A stretch of DNA of 20,000 nucleotides from Nitrososphaerota archaeon (lineage in GTDB: Archaea; Thermoproteota; Nitrososphaeria; PSMU01): the NCBI GenBank assembly GCA_040290255.1, contig PSMU01000001.1:97037-117036 (forward strand). Direction: 5' to 3'. Made by a program: the position numbers and the translations under genes. This document shows positions 1-12,706 of the stretch, piece after piece. Numbering within the stretch: the first letter of the stretch is position 1; the number at the start of each line of letters is the position of its first letter. The notes beneath the pieces were generated by a model, which did no database searches, was not told where the DNA came from, and saw only the letters and a program-made list of their open reading frames with translations.

Positions 1-943
<943 letters not shown>

Positions 944-1077
944 ATACGGCCGGCCTGTAAAGGGCCTCTCTCCAGGTAGATGCAGCCTGTTAGCGCAGCG
1001 CTAATAGGCGAAGGGCGGAGTGCATGTGCACGATTACCGCCGTGTAAAGGCCGCCAACTCCACCTCAGTGGGAACAC
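944..1077 (+). other. 16S-23S internal transcribed spacer without a tRNA gene; contains two strong hairpins
   Basis: About 130 nt between the 16S 3' end and the 23S start. No cloverleaf or TTCRANNC T-loop seen. Hairpin 985-1009: GCCTGTTAGCG-CAG-CGCTAATAGGC. Second hairpin 1014-1041: GGCGG...GTGC-ATGT-GCAC...CCGCC. Confidence 0.8.
1060..1077 (+). other. 5' arm of 23S pre-rRNA processing stem (pairs with 4106-4123)
   Basis: CCACCTCAGTGGGAACAC pairs with GTGTTCCCATTGTGGTGG: 17 of 18 positions pair, including one G-U, with one U-U mismatch. Confidence 0.8.
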
Positions 1078-4104
<3,027 letters not shown>

Positions 4105-4105
4105 G

Positions 4106-4123
4106 GTGTTCCCATTGTGGTGG
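4106..4123 (+). other. 3' arm of 23S pre-rRNA processing stem (pairs with 1060-1077)
   Basis: GTGTTCCCATTGTGGTGG, complementary to 1060-1077. It encloses the 23S, as expected for archaeal rRNA processing stems. Confidence 0.8.
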
Positions 4124-4197
4124 GGGCGAAAGCCTTTACACGGCGGGGATATTTTTTAGGGAAACAGATAATTAGGTCCGCTCCAATTAGAGGAGCT

Positions 4198-4494
4198 GGG
4201 CGGGGTGCCGGGCAGGCGCGGGCAAAATGCCCGAGGAACCTCCCCACTCCACGCGGGCCGCGCAACCCCGAGAGGGGGGGTCCGAAAGGACCCGGCCGCC
4301 ACAGAAATGGCACCTCCTGCCGACGGGATGAGGATGATGGCGTCAAGCCTGCAGACGTGTGCGGGAGGGTGAAACAGGCGCGCCTGCGCGAGCAAGGCCA
4401 AGCAGGGCCCATGAGGGGGCCCGAGGAGGCCCGGGTAGGCCGCTAAGATGAATGCCTGCCTAGGAACAGGATGGGGGGTACGAGCACCACGCCC
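4198..4494 (+). ncRNA. rnpB: RNase P RNA (archaeal, type A-like)
   Basis: P1 closes the gene: GGGCGGGGTGC (4198-4208) with GCACCACGCCC (4484-4494). P2-type pairing GGCAGGC/GCCTGCC. CR-I-like GAGGAACCTCCCC after the P3 hairpin CGGGCaaaatGCCCG. CACAGAAA. CR-IV-like GGGTGAAAC...GCGAGCAAGGCCAAGCAGGG. 3' GATGAATGCC...ACAGGATGGGGGG (CR-V-like). Confidence 0.93.
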
Positions 4495-4506
4495 TTAACC
4501 CTTGGC

Positions 4507-5352
4507 CTACAGTAGCGAGAGCAACGTCATGATATCTTCCTTATACTCCTGCCATTCCCTTACGGGGGTCTCAAGTATCATTGGCAGCCGCCTCAGAGCC
4601 CGCTGCTGCAGAATATTCCTGAACCCCCTTAGCCCAATATAGCCCTTACCTATTCGCTCATGCCTATCCAGCCCGGACCCAATAGCGGCCCTCGAATCGT
4701 TCAAATGTAGCACCTTAACCCTGTCGAAGTCACAGAGCTCATCTATCTGGCGGAGAAGGGCATTAAGCGCCTTTTCAGATCTTAGCTCATAGCCAGCCTG
4801 AAAGAGGTGGCAGGTATCAAGGCAGAGGCCCACTCGCTCCTCGCCTATGGCCGAGAGTATCCGTGCTATATCTTCTAGCTTGGAGCCCATGCTGTTAGCC
4901 TGTCCGCTCATGTTTTCCAACAGCAATATGACCCTTCCATCAAAGGAGTCGAGCACCTTCTTACAGCCCGAGACCAGACGTTCAAAGCCCTTATCGAACC
5001 CGGTCCCTAGGTGGCTGCCTATGTGAAGCACAAGATAGGGTATCCCAAGCGCTTCACACCTCTCCAGCTCGTCCTTGACAGCCATAATCGAGAGTTCATG
5101 TACTTTTTCATCTGGGCTTGCCAGATTAGGCAAGTAGGAGGCATGGGCCACTAGCGCCAAGCCCGTCTTTCTGGCGGCCTCCTTAAACAGCTCCACTTCT
5201 TGGGCGTCTAGGGGCGCAGCCCTCCATCCTCGCGGATTTCTGGTGAAGATCTGTACAACCGCGCAGTTTATTTCGGTGGCGCGCTCAAGGGCCTTATGGA
5301 GGCCCCCTGCTATGGGCAGGTGAGCGCCCAAGAGCAACCGCTCGTCGGGCAA
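4507..5352 (-). CDS. nfo: Endonuclease IV (AP endonuclease, TIM-barrel)
   Basis: 281 aa ORF: LLLGAHLPIAGGLHKAL N-terminus, AVVQIFTRNPRGW, YLVLHIGSHLGTG, ILLENMSGQANSMG, RVGLCLDTCHLFQAGY, VLHLNDSRAAIGSGLDRHERIGKG. TTG start inferred. Confidence 0.95.
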   Translation of the reverse strand: MPDERLLLGAHLPIAGGLHKALERATEINCAVVQIFTRNPRGWRAAPLDAQEVELFKEAARKTGLALVAHASYLPNLASPDEKVHELSIMAVKDELERCEALGIPYLVLHIGSHLGTGFDKGFERLVSGCKKVLDSFDGRVILLLENMSGQANSMGSKLEDIARILSAIGEERVGLCLDTCHLFQAGYELRSEKALNALLRQIDELCDFDRVKVLHLNDSRAAIGSGLDRHERIGKGYIGLRGFRNILQQRALRRLPMILETPVREWQEYKEDIMTLLSLL

Positions 5353-5396
5353 GGCGCACTTATGTCGGTCTTACAATAATTAATATTATGTTGGCC

Positions 5397-6497
5397 TTAT
5401 GGGACAAGGGCGGGCACCCTCGCCTTAGCGGCCAGGCGCGCCCTTAGGATTTCGCCCAACTTCTCAAGCCCCTGGCCCGTTACGGCCGAGACAACGACGT
5501 ATGTTTTATCGCTGGGCAGCAGCGCGCTGACCTTTTTTTCGATCTCATCCAGAGGCATGAGGTCCGCCTTTGTAAATACCGTAATGAGCCTATCCTGAGG
5601 GATTCCGATGCCCCCCAGCGTTGACCAGGAGACATGCAGCTTCATGGCCAGCTCAGGCTCCGGGTCGGTGCTATCTACCAGCAGCAGCACTAGGTCCGCG
5701 AAGTTAAGCTCCTCTAATATCGAGCGAAAGGCTTCGATCATATACGTTGGAAGGCGCTTTATGAAGCCTATGGTGTCCATCGCGTAAAACTTGAGGCCCA
5801 TTAGCTCCGCTACTCGAAGATATGAAGTCAGAGTCGTAAAACTGCCCAGCCCGACGGGCATCGCCTCACGCGTAAGCCGATTGAAGAGCGTGGTCTTGCC
5901 GGCTCCTGTATAGCCAACAAGCGCCACCAAAGGCAGCTTGAGCCTTCTGCTCTGCCTATTTACTTCCCTGTGGCGCCTGACCTCTTCAAGCTCTTGCTTT
6001 AGCTTAGTGGCCTGCCTCTTGATCATCCTATAATAGACCTCTACATCGTACTTGCCCAACCCCCTGAAGCCGGGCTGCTCGCCCAGCTTGGCCAACCTGA
6101 CCTTCTCTCTTGCCCTGGACATCTCATAGCGCAACTCAGCAAGCTTAACCTGCAGCTTCGCCTCCTTCGTTTTTGCCCTTCTCCAGAAGATGTTCAAAAT
6201 CAATCTCTCCCTATCGATGACTTCCACGCCGACTACCTTCGCCAAATTATAGAGTTGCACGGGCCTTAGGTGCTCATCCACCACGAGCAGCTCGGCCCCG
6301 CTGGCCTTTACCAGCTCCTTGATCTCTTCAAGCTTACCTGCGCTCACGCCGTAGGGGCCTAGGCCGAGCTTATCTCTTACCATTAAGGCTACCGGCTCAT
6401 AAAGCGCTGCGCTACAAAGCTCTATTATCTCCTCTATGGCCGAGGGGCTGTTGTAGGTCAGGGCTACTACCCTCGGTACGGGGCCTGGGCTCGTCAA
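5397..6497 (-). CDS. hflX: GTPase HflX
   Basis: 366 aa ORF: HflX N-terminal domain (KLEEIKELVKASGAELLVVDEHLRPVQLYNL, VIDRERLILNIF, AKTKEAKLQVKLAELRYE), G1 VALVGYTGAGKTTLFNRLT, G3 DTIGFI, G4 TKAD. TTG start overlaps the stop of the upstream MBF1 gene. Confidence 0.95.
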   Translation of the reverse strand: MTSPGPVPRVVALTYNSPSAIEEIIELCSAALYEPVALMVRDKLGLGPYGVSAGKLEEIKELVKASGAELLVVDEHLRPVQLYNLAKVVGVEVIDRERLILNIFWRRAKTKEAKLQVKLAELRYEMSRAREKVRLAKLGEQPGFRGLGKYDVEVYYRMIKRQATKLKQELEEVRRHREVNRQSRRLKLPLVALVGYTGAGKTTLFNRLTREAMPVGLGSFTTLTSYLRVAELMGLKFYAMDTIGFIKRLPTYMIEAFRSILEELNFADLVLLLVDSTDPEPELAMKLHVSWSTLGGIGIPQDRLITVFTKADLMPLDEIEKKVSALLPSDKTYVVVSAVTGQGLEKLGEILRARLAAKARVPALVP

Positions 6498-6925
6498 GCC
6501 TCCTCTTCCGTGAGGAGCCTGATCTTAAGCACGCGCTCTAATTTCCTGGCCAACTCCAGCGTTGGCCTCAGCTTACCGCGTTCTATAAGGCTTATCACGG
6601 ATGCCTTTTCGCCCACTAGCCCTCCCAGTTGATCTTGGCGCATCCCTAGCTTTTCGCGCGCCGATTTTACTAACTCTGGGTACTCGGGTCGCAGACCGAG
6701 CTCGGCCTTGGTGGATATCTCCAGCGGAGCGGGGAGGCTTCTATTCCGCTTTCGTTCTGCCTTGACCTGCTTGGCCACGACCGGCGTTCCAAGCTTACTG
6801 CATGATGCGCATGCGGCCAATATGGCACCCTCTATCTGAACGAGTATGGCCTCGCCTAGTACCTTCGTGCCGCATATCTCACAGGTGGCCAAACTGCGCT
6901 TAGTTCGTAAGCAACTAAGTAACAT
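6494..6925 (-). CDS. Multiprotein bridging factor 1-like protein (zinc ribbon plus Cro/C1-type HTH)
   Basis: 143 aa: CEICGT...CASC N-terminal zinc ribbon and C-terminal HTH (LVKSAREKLGMRQDQLGGLVGEKASVISLIERGKLRPTLELARKLERVLKI). Start may be internal (TTG about 6893). Confidence 0.88.
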   Translation of the reverse strand: MLLSCLRTKRSLATCEICGTKVLGEAILVQIEGAILAACASCSKLGTPVVAKQVKAERKRNRSLPAPLEISTKAELGLRPEYPELVKSAREKLGMRQDQLGGLVGEKASVISLIERGKLRPTLELARKLERVLKIRLLTEEEA

Positions 6926-6951
6926 TAAAGCGTTCTGCCTTTAGAGGGTTC

Positions 6952-7407
6952 GTGCTCGAAGAGCTGCAGGTTAAAGCTATGCTCTGCTACCTCTTTGGAT
7001 CGCGCGCCAAAGAGATCGATATGCAAGGGTGGTCCTTTGAGAGGTCTAAGAGGACGGGTAGGCTAAAGTATGTTAGGAATGCTGAGGGCAAGCTGCTCTT
7101 CGTCGTACGGGAGGACGGAACGATGGCTCCAACCTTGGACGGGGCCCGCGTTTTGTTGAAGCATGGCGCGATGACAGACTGCTCTGTCATTGTAGGCGAG
7201 CAAGGAATGCAGCGTCTTGTGAGGGGATACAACGTGCTTGCCGCCCAGCTTGAGGGCGTAGGAAAGGGGATAAGGCCCAAGAGCGACGTGATAATTTTAG
7301 ATAAAAGCGGGAACGTCCGCGGCGTTGGAAGAGCCGTCCTCTCGGCACACCAGCTTAAATTTATAAGATATGGAATCGCCGTCAAGGTTAGAAGGGTGGA
7401 GGCGTAA
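6952..7407 (+). CDS. PUA-domain RNA-binding protein
   Basis: 151 aa: GKLLFVVREDGTMAPTLDGARVLL...GVGKGIRPKSDVIILDKSGNVRGVGRAVLSAHQL...RYGIAVKVRR matches the PUA fold pattern. Lies directly upstream of NAC. GTG start with a TATA-like element about 26 nt upstream. Confidence 0.8.
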   Translation: MLEELQVKAMLCYLFGSRAKEIDMQGWSFERSKRTGRLKYVRNAEGKLLFVVREDGTMAPTLDGARVLLKHGAMTDCSVIVGEQGMQRLVRGYNVLAAQLEGVGKGIRPKSDVIILDKSGNVRGVGRAVLSAHQLKFIRYGIAVKVRRVEA

Positions 7408-7774
7408 CTTGAAGCCGCTCGCTTGGAACAGGGAGATGAGAAGGGCAATAGAAAGGATGGGGATGAACTTCACGCCTCTAGAAGGTGTGAAGGAAGTGAT
7501 CATCCGCACTAACGATCGCGAAATACTGATCAAAAAGGCGGCAGTAAACTATCTTTTATTTAACGAAATCAAGATCTATCAGGTAATGGCGGAGGAGGTT
7601 GAGGAGAGGGGGCTCCAGGCCAAGCAACCGGAAGAGCGATTACCCGAAGAGGATGTGGAGCTCGTCGCCGCCAAGGCCGGCGTCGCCAAGGAGGTGGCCA
7701 GGGAGGCGTTGCGAAAGACTAAAGGGGATTTGGCGGAGGCCATCCTTTTGCTAAAGGGTGGACGGCAAGCATAG
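7408..7774 (+). CDS. Nascent polypeptide-associated complex (NAC) alpha-like protein
   Basis: REMRRAIERMGMNFTPLEGVKEVIIRTNDREILIKKAAV...IYQVM followed by a UBA-like domain (VELVAAKAGVAKEVAREALRKTKGDLAEAILLL). The track ORF begins at 7370, but the family start is probably 7408 (TTG) or 7436 (ATG). Confidence 0.92.
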
Positions 7775-7866
7775 GGTGCCGCGCTATAAGGTCTCTTAAT
7801 CTGTTCTCGTGACCATTAGACGACCTGCTAACTATCTTCTCTGGCTATGAGAGCGGAGCAAGAAAC

Positions 7867-7876
7867 CTTTATAAAG
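7867..7876 (+). promoter_or_regulatory. TATA box for the thermosome gene
   Basis: CTTTATAAAG, about 26 nt upstream of an inferred TSS near 7898. ATG at 7914. Confidence 0.6.
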
Positions 7877-7913
7877 ACCCTTTATGGCAAAGCCCCAAAC
7901 GGTGATGTGATAT

Positions 7914-9542
7914 ATGTCGGCTACTCAAGCAGGGATACCGGTCTTAATCTTAAAGGAGAGCGCGCAGAGAACTAAGGGCCGCGAAGCCCAGCTCAACAAC
8001 ATCACGGCCGCTCGTCTTGTTGCAGAACTAATTAAGACGACGCTGGGTCCCAGAGGTATGGATAAGATGTTGGTAACAAGCTTGGGCGACATTACAATCA
8101 CAAACGACGGGGCATCAATTATGAAAGAGCTAGACTTGCAGCATCCTGCGGCCAAGATTTTGGTGGAAGTCGCCAAGACACAAGATAATGAGGTAGGAGA
8201 TGGGACCACGAGCGTTGTCATCCTAGCGGGAGAGCTGCTGGCCAACGCAGAAAAGCTGCTCAACCAGAACATACATCCTCGGATAATCGTTGAGGGCTAC
8301 AAGCTGGCCGCCGCTAAATGCACCGCCTTATTAGAGGAGATCGCCTTGCCCGTAGGAATCGATGAGGACGACAAGCTTAGAAAGATAGCTGCCACTTCCA
8401 TGAGAAGTAAAGGTGTAGCTACGGCTAGGGAGTATCTGGCTGAGCTTGCTGTGCAGGCCGTGAAACAGGTACATGAGGTCATCAACGGCAAAATTAAGGC
8501 GGACATAGATAGGATAAAGATCGTGAAGAAGCACGGCAAGAGCCTCCTTGAGAGCGAGTTGGTTAAGGGCATCGTCATCGATAAGGAAATAGCGCATGCC
8601 CAGATGCCTAAGCGTGTCGCAGGTGCTAAGATCGCTTTGGTTAACCAGAAGTTCGAGATAGAGAAGCCGGAAATAAGTGCCGAAATAAGGATAACGAGCC
8701 CAGAGCAGATTAAGGCCTTTTTGGACGAGGAGACCAAGATCCTAAGGGAAATGGTCGACAAGGTCGCATCCGTGAGTGCGAACGTTCTCTTCTGCGAGAA
8801 GGGAATGGACGACATAGCCCTTCATTACTTGGCCAAGAGGGGCATCTTGGCCGTCAAGAACGTCAGCAGCAGCGATATGGAGAAGTTGGCGAAGGCTACA
8901 GGCGCTAAAATCGTCAGCAATGTTAACGACCTGACGCCGGAGTTCCTAGGGGAGGCAGGCCTTGTAGAGGAGCTAAAGGTGGGCGACTCAAAGCTCATCT
9001 ATGTAAGGGAATGCAAGAATCCGCGCGCCGTAACGGTGGTGCTGAGGGGAGGCAGCGAACACGTAGTCTCCGAGGCGGAAAGGTCCTTCCATGATGCTCT
9101 CTGCGTGGTAAGGGATGCCATTGAGGATGGCAAGTACGTAGCAGGAGGGGGTGCCGTCGAGGCTGAGCTGGCCGCTAAAGTAAGGGAGTACGCCATCCAA
9201 GTTGGCGGGAGGCAGCAACTGGCGATAGAGGCCTTTGCGGAGGCCCTTGAGTCCATACCGCTGACCTTAGCGGAGAATGCTGGCTTAGACCCTCTGGACA
9301 TCCTAGTTAAGATAAGAGCTGCTCATGCAGATCCTAAAGGAAAATGGATGGGCGTGGACGTCTTTAGCGGCGATATAAAGGATATGCTGCTCCTGAACGT
9401 CGTGGAGCCCCTTAGAGTTAAACTCCACCTCGTGAAGGCTGCAACTGAGGCCGCTACCATGATTTTAAGGATCGATGACATCGTGGTAGCCAAGCCAATG
9501 AAGGAAGGCAAAGAAAAAGAGAAGGAGAAGACTGAGAGCTAG
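7914..9542 (+). CDS. Thermosome subunit (group II chaperonin)
   Basis: 542 aa: [73 protein letters not shown]. Highly acidic/lysine-rich C-terminus. Confidence 0.98.
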   Translation: MSATQAGIPVLILKESAQRTKGREAQLNNITAARLVAELIKTTLGPRGMDKMLVTSLGDITITNDGASIMKELDLQHPAAKILVEVAKTQDNEVGDGTTSVVILAGELLANAEKLLNQNIHPRIIVEGYKLAAAKCTALLEEIALPVGIDEDDKLRKIAATSMRSKGVATAREYLAELAVQAVKQVHEVINGKIKADIDRIKIVKKHGKSLLESELVKGIVIDKEIAHAQMPKRVAGAKIALVNQKFEIEKPEISAEIRITSPEQIKAFLDEETKILREMVDKVASVSANVLFCEKGMDDIALHYLAKRGILAVKNVSSSDMEKLAKATGAKIVSNVNDLTPEFLGEAGLVEELKVGDSKLIYVRECKNPRAVTVVLRGGSEHVVSEAERSFHDALCVVRDAIEDGKYVAGGGAVEAELAAKVREYAIQVGGRQQLAIEAFAEALESIPLTLAENAGLDPLDILVKIRAAHADPKGKWMGVDVFSGDIKDMLLLNVVEPLRVKLHLVKAATEAATMILRIDDIVVAKPMKEGKEKEKEKTES

Positions 9543-9564
9543 GTCTCCAGCTCTCTAAGTTTTT
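9534..9564 (+). terminator. Possible hairpin plus T-run terminator of the thermosome gene
   Basis: GAGAGCT(aggtctcc)AGCTCTC, 7-bp stem spanning the stop codon, followed by TAAGTTTTT. Confidence 0.4.
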
Positions 9565-9643
9565 CGACTTTTCCTTTCTTGACGAAGCGAGGTAGTTTTC
9601 TAATTATACCCTTTAGTACCTTAATCCCTTGACCATAGCTAAG

Positions 9644-9758
9644 TCGCCGGCACCGCTGCTTCCCGAGGGCATGCGCACCTCAGTACAACAGCGGCGACGC
9701 GTGGTTTCACTTCCGGGTTCGGTATGAGACCGGGTGGAGCCCACGCGCTATGGCCGGC
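9644..9758 (-). rRNA. rrf: 5S rRNA (ends approximate)
   Basis: Minus strand reads GCCGGCCATAGCGCGTGGGCTCCACCCGGTCTCATACCGAACCCGGAAGTGAAACCACGCG...GTACTGAGGTGCGCATGCCCTCGGGAAGC...GCCGGC. Helix I closes GCCGGC/GCCGGC. Confidence 0.95.
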
Positions 9759-9781
9759 TTGACCTAGCCTAGGTGTAGCCG

Positions 9782-9790
9782 CTTAAAAGT
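9782..9790 (-). promoter_or_regulatory. TATA box for 5S rRNA
   Basis: Minus-strand ACTTTTAAG, roughly 26 nt upstream of the 5S 5' end. Confidence 0.5.
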
Positions 9791-9893
9791 GTTTGGCCCA
9801 GAAGAGTTAAAAGAGACCGCCGCCAAACCCCACCGTAAAGTGTCAGGCGTGATCGCTCTCCAGCTGCTCCCTTCGGGGAATGAGAACATCCTC

Positions 9894-10958
9894 ATGCAGA
9901 TCTTACTGATAATAATCACTATGTCTCTCCTCATTCTTTACGGCGGAAGACTCCAGCTGCAGATATCACTCATGCAGCTCAGCAGTGCCTTAAACAAACT
10001 TAAGCATATTCGCGACGCTTCGAAGCGGGAAGTAGTGAATCACTTGAAAGACCAAGGCCAAGAGGGAATAAACGTCGATGAGGCCGTCGATAAATTCATA
10101 GAGTACTTCGTCGTCTATCCCGTCGACATAGAGCCGACGGGCTTGGTGAGCAAGATCGAATTCATCTTTAATCAGCATGACGAAAGATTGAGGTACGAGG
10201 TAGCTCAATTAGTCAAAGACAAGAGCGACGTTAACGTAAGTAAGCTGGTAAATATGGTTGAAGTGGCGACGGCCCTAAACCAGTATTATAAGGTAGTGAG
10301 GCATTATTACCTGCTCAGTAAGAAAACCTCTTCCCTGCTTTATGTTATAACACTACAGAACCAGATGCCGCAGATATTACAGGAGGCCAGCGCGCTGTTG
10401 AGCGCGTTAGAGGCGTTCAAGGCTGGCCAACCTATCGGCGATAGCATAGGACCCATCGTTGTCGGCAGGCTGATGTATAACCGCGAGAGAGTCAAGATAG
10501 AGAAGGACACAGTGATGAGTCAGGTAGAATATAAGGGCAGGCAGCTATACTTGCTGAAGGCAGAAGGCCCGGGAGGCAATGTAGGAGATATGGGAAACGC
10601 TACCCTCAAGCTAGTTAACATGTTGCCTGTTAGGCCGAGTGTGGTCATCATGATAGATGCGGCTTTGAAGCTTGAGGGTGAGGCGTCAGGCTCTATAGCT
10701 GAGGGCACCGGGGCGGTAATAGGTGGGCTTGGTACCGATCGCTTCAAGATAGAGGAGATATGCACCAAGTACAAGATCCCTCTCTATGGCATCGTTGTGA
10801 AGGAATCCCTTATCGAGGCCATCACAGTGATAAGAAAGGAAATCTTCGATGCCGTGGAGGGGGTAATAAAGGCGATCTACAGGGTCGTAGAGCAGCGAAC
10901 TAAGGAAGGAGATAACGTCATCATCATAGGGGTAGGGAACACCATTGGCGTGCTGTAG
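9894..10958 (+). CDS. DUF1512 family protein (conserved archaeal, function unknown)
   Basis: N-terminal hydrophobic segment MQILLIIITMSLLILYGGRLQLQISLMQLSSALNKL, then VDKFIEYFVVYPVDIEPTGLVSKIEF and a glycine-rich C-terminus (AEGTGAVIGGLGTDRFKIEE, DNVIIIGVGNTIGVL). The track ORF starts at 9789 (GTG), but the in-frame ATG at 9894 is more plausible. Confidence 0.8.
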   Translation: MQILLIIITMSLLILYGGRLQLQISLMQLSSALNKLKHIRDASKREVVNHLKDQGQEGINVDEAVDKFIEYFVVYPVDIEPTGLVSKIEFIFNQHDERLRYEVAQLVKDKSDVNVSKLVNMVEVATALNQYYKVVRHYYLLSKKTSSLLYVITLQNQMPQILQEASALLSALEAFKAGQPIGDSIGPIVVGRLMYNRERVKIEKDTVMSQVEYKGRQLYLLKAEGPGGNVGDMGNATLKLVNMLPVRPSVVIMIDAALKLEGEASGSIAEGTGAVIGGLGTDRFKIEEICTKYKIPLYGIVVKESLIEAITVIRKEIFDAVEGVIKAIYRVVEQRTKEGDNVIIIGVGNTIGVL

Positions 10959-10960
10959 GT

Positions 10961-11146
10961 ATGTCGAAGGATATCTTTGATAAGAAGGGGTATCGTGTAT
11001 TTACCGTCGAGACCTGCTTTACCGATAACATAAATATCAAAAGAAGCTTCCAGGTGGGTGACTATATCTACAAGGATAGCGGGGAATGTCCTAAGTGCAA
11101 ATCCAAAATGGTAATAACGGCTATTTTCGCGGAAACAATCAAGTAG
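10961..11146 (+). CDS. Small CxxC-motif hypothetical protein
   Basis: 61 aa, ATG 2 nt after the DUF1512 stop, single CPKC knuckle: MSKDIFDKKGYRVFTVETCFTDNINIKRSFQVGDYIYKDSGECPKCKSKMVITAIFAETIK. Confidence 0.65.
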   Translation: MSKDIFDKKGYRVFTVETCFTDNINIKRSFQVGDYIYKDSGECPKCKSKMVITAIFAETIK

Positions 11147-11152
11147 GCTGGC

Positions 11153-12043
11153 CTATGCGGTTAGTACCAATATTCCGTTATCGGTGAGCGTGATTGTATG
11201 CTCGAACTGCGCAACGACGGCCGAGTTGCTTTCCATTAGGACGGGATAAGGCCTTAAGATGCCGAGGCGGGCGAGCTGTGCTAGGCGTTGCTCCAGCTCT
11301 TTAGCTCCATAAGTGTCGATGAGCCACCTAGACGTGAAGGGTAATGTTCTGTATCTGCTCCATATCAGCTCTTCCATTTCATTAAGTTCCGGGGCGGAAA
11401 GGCGTCGTCGAGAGACCAAGCTGTAAATCTTCGTCATTGGGAGTTCTCTAACTTGGCCTGTTCCCTCTCTCGTCGTTAGGAAGGGCTCTACTGCATATAC
11501 TCCTCCGCGCTTAAGAGTTTGGCGCGCGGGAACGCGCACATTTGGGATAGTGATGCCGCCATGAATTTGAAAACGCTCTATATTGTGGCCTCCTAAGTTG
11601 GAGATGGCTTTAAACCCGCCGCTTTTGGCCGTCGCCTCGACCAGCGCGCCTATTTCGCCCACCGTGATTCCCTCCTTTATCATTTCCAATGCGCCGCGCA
11701 GAGCCCGCTCGGTAACGGCCACGAGCTCCGCATATCTCCTCCCTAAGCTAACCGTTAGTGCAGTATCCACGATATACCCGTCTATCTGGACGCCAAGGTC
11801 GAGCTTAACTACATCATCCGCCTGTATGCTAGCCTCATCCTCGACGCCCGCCGTATCATGCGCGGCGATATGATTTATGGAGATATTACAAGGAAATGCG
11901 GGCCTTCCGCTAAGTTTTTCAATTCGAGATTCCACATATTGGCATATGTCTAAAACCTTAGCACCAGGTCTTATTAGGGTAACGGCCTCCTCACGTACCC
12001 TGGCCGCTATTTTCCCGGCAAATAGGTAAGCTTGGATGGACAT
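11153..12043 (-). CDS. map: Methionine aminopeptidase, type II
   Basis: 296 aa: GRPAFPCNISINHIAAHDTAG, VVKLDLGVQIDGYIVDTALTVSL, NLGGHNIERFQIHGGITIPNV, GGVYAVEPFLT, VAQFEHTITLTDNGILVLT. Confidence 0.96.
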   Translation of the reverse strand: MSIQAYLFAGKIAARVREEAVTLIRPGAKVLDICQYVESRIEKLSGRPAFPCNISINHIAAHDTAGVEDEASIQADDVVKLDLGVQIDGYIVDTALTVSLGRRYAELVAVTERALRGALEMIKEGITVGEIGALVEATAKSGGFKAISNLGGHNIERFQIHGGITIPNVRVPARQTLKRGGVYAVEPFLTTREGTGQVRELPMTKIYSLVSRRRLSAPELNEMEELIWSRYRTLPFTSRWLIDTYGAKELEQRLAQLARLGILRPYPVLMESNSAVVAQFEHTITLTDNGILVLTA

Positions 12044-12084
12044 GTGAGGGCTTTTATCCTACTGGTTAAAAAACTTCCAAGGAC

Positions 12085-12573
12085 GTGCTGCTTAATTTGG
12101 CCACTGTCGGAGGCACCTTTGATCTTCTGCATCGTGGCCATAAGGAGCTACTGCGCGTAGCGTTTCTTTCGGCAAAGCGGGTCATCATCGGCCTGAGCAG
12201 CGATGAATTCTGCAGTTCTAGGGGCAAGAAGCCACTATGGGACTACGCTAGACGCGAACAGGCCCTAAGAGGGTACTTGGAGAATGAGTTGCATGTGACG
12301 CCAGAGAGATACAGCATAGTAAGGCTGGATGAAGCCTTCGGGCCCGCGGCCACCTTGCGTGAGCTGGAGGGAATAGTGGTGAGCACCGAAACCAAAGCCG
12401 TTGCCGAAGAGATAAACAAAGTAAGGAGCCGCATGGGGCTTCCCCCTCTTAAGATTATAGAGGTGCCTCTAGTTTTAGCTGACGATGGATTACCTATCTC
12501 ATCCACCCGGATTAGGGCCGGGATAATAGACGCGGAGGGCAAGCTAGTCGGGAGGGGCCTGCAGCGCGCATAA
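12085..12573 (+). CDS. coaD: Archaeal phosphopantetheine adenylyltransferase (nucleotidyltransferase)
   Basis: 162 aa: ATVGGTFDLLHRGHKELLRVAF (HxGH), VIIGLSSDEF, IVVSTETKAVAEEINKVRSRMGLPPLKII, ISSTRIRAG. Confidence 0.92.
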   Translation: MLLNLATVGGTFDLLHRGHKELLRVAFLSAKRVIIGLSSDEFCSSRGKKPLWDYARREQALRGYLENELHVTPERYSIVRLDEAFGPAATLRELEGIVVSTETKAVAEEINKVRSRMGLPPLKIIEVPLVLADDGLPISSTRIRAGIIDAEGKLVGRGLQRA

Positions 12574-12596
12574 AAGACCGCGAAAAACGGTTTTAA
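12572..12596 (+). promoter_or_regulatory. TATA-like element (12591-12598) preceded by a small hairpin directly after the coaD stop
   Basis: AAAAGACCG-cgaaaaa-CGGTTTTAAGCTT. The TTTTAAGC box is about 26 nt upstream of the structured element beginning at about 12619. Confidence 0.4.
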
Positions 12597-12618
12597 GCTT
12601 CTGACGAATGCGTGCTTT

Positions 12619-12706
12619 GGGGGGTTCCACGAACTGCACGTCCGACGGCCGCTACCCGATAAATGAGGGCTAGCGGTGACCCAAACGTGCTACAGTGGAA
12701 CCCCCT
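12619..12706 (+). ncRNA. Candidate novel structured small RNA (or MITE-like inverted-repeat element)
   Basis: GGGGGGTTCCAC (12619-12630) pairs with GTGGAACCCCCT (12695-12706). Inner stem GCACGT (12636-12641)/ACGTGC (12685-12690). Apical stem CCGCTA+CCC (12649-12657)/GGG+c+TAGCGG (12667-12676) with loop gataaatga. TATA-like box at the correct distance upstream; T-rich CTCTTT after it. Confidence 0.5.

Noticed and set aside
944-1077. tRNA-Ala in the 16S-23S spacer, as in many Euryarchaeota
   Set aside because: Checked by eye: no acceptor stem, anticodon arm or T-loop. The spacer consists of simple hairpins.
7775-7913. Possible small RNA between NAC and thermosome
   Set aside because: Apart from a good TATA box (7867-7876), no convincing stem structure or box motifs. 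Best explained as the thermosome promoter and 5' region.
7925-9511. Antisense ORFs inside the thermosome gene (e.g. 7925..8272, 8297..8815, 8999..9301, 9323..9511)
   Set aside because: Shadow ORFs of a strongly supported chaperonin gene, serine/leucine-rich with no domain signal.
9542-9640. Short minus-strand open frame downstream of 5S (...[29 protein letters not shown]-stop)
   Set aside because: No credible start codon, about 30 aa, and it overlaps the thermosome stop. Lysine-rich composition alone is not evidence of a gene.
12619-12706. Interpretation of the structured element as a tRNA, intron-containing tRNA half, or C/D or H/ACA guide RNA
   Set aside because: The terminal stem is 12 bp rather than 7, with no T-loop. 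No clear RUGAUGA/CUGA box pairs. The ACA at 12692-12694 is inside the outer stem rather than 3' of a pocket stem. A K-turn-like loop remains possible but unproven.
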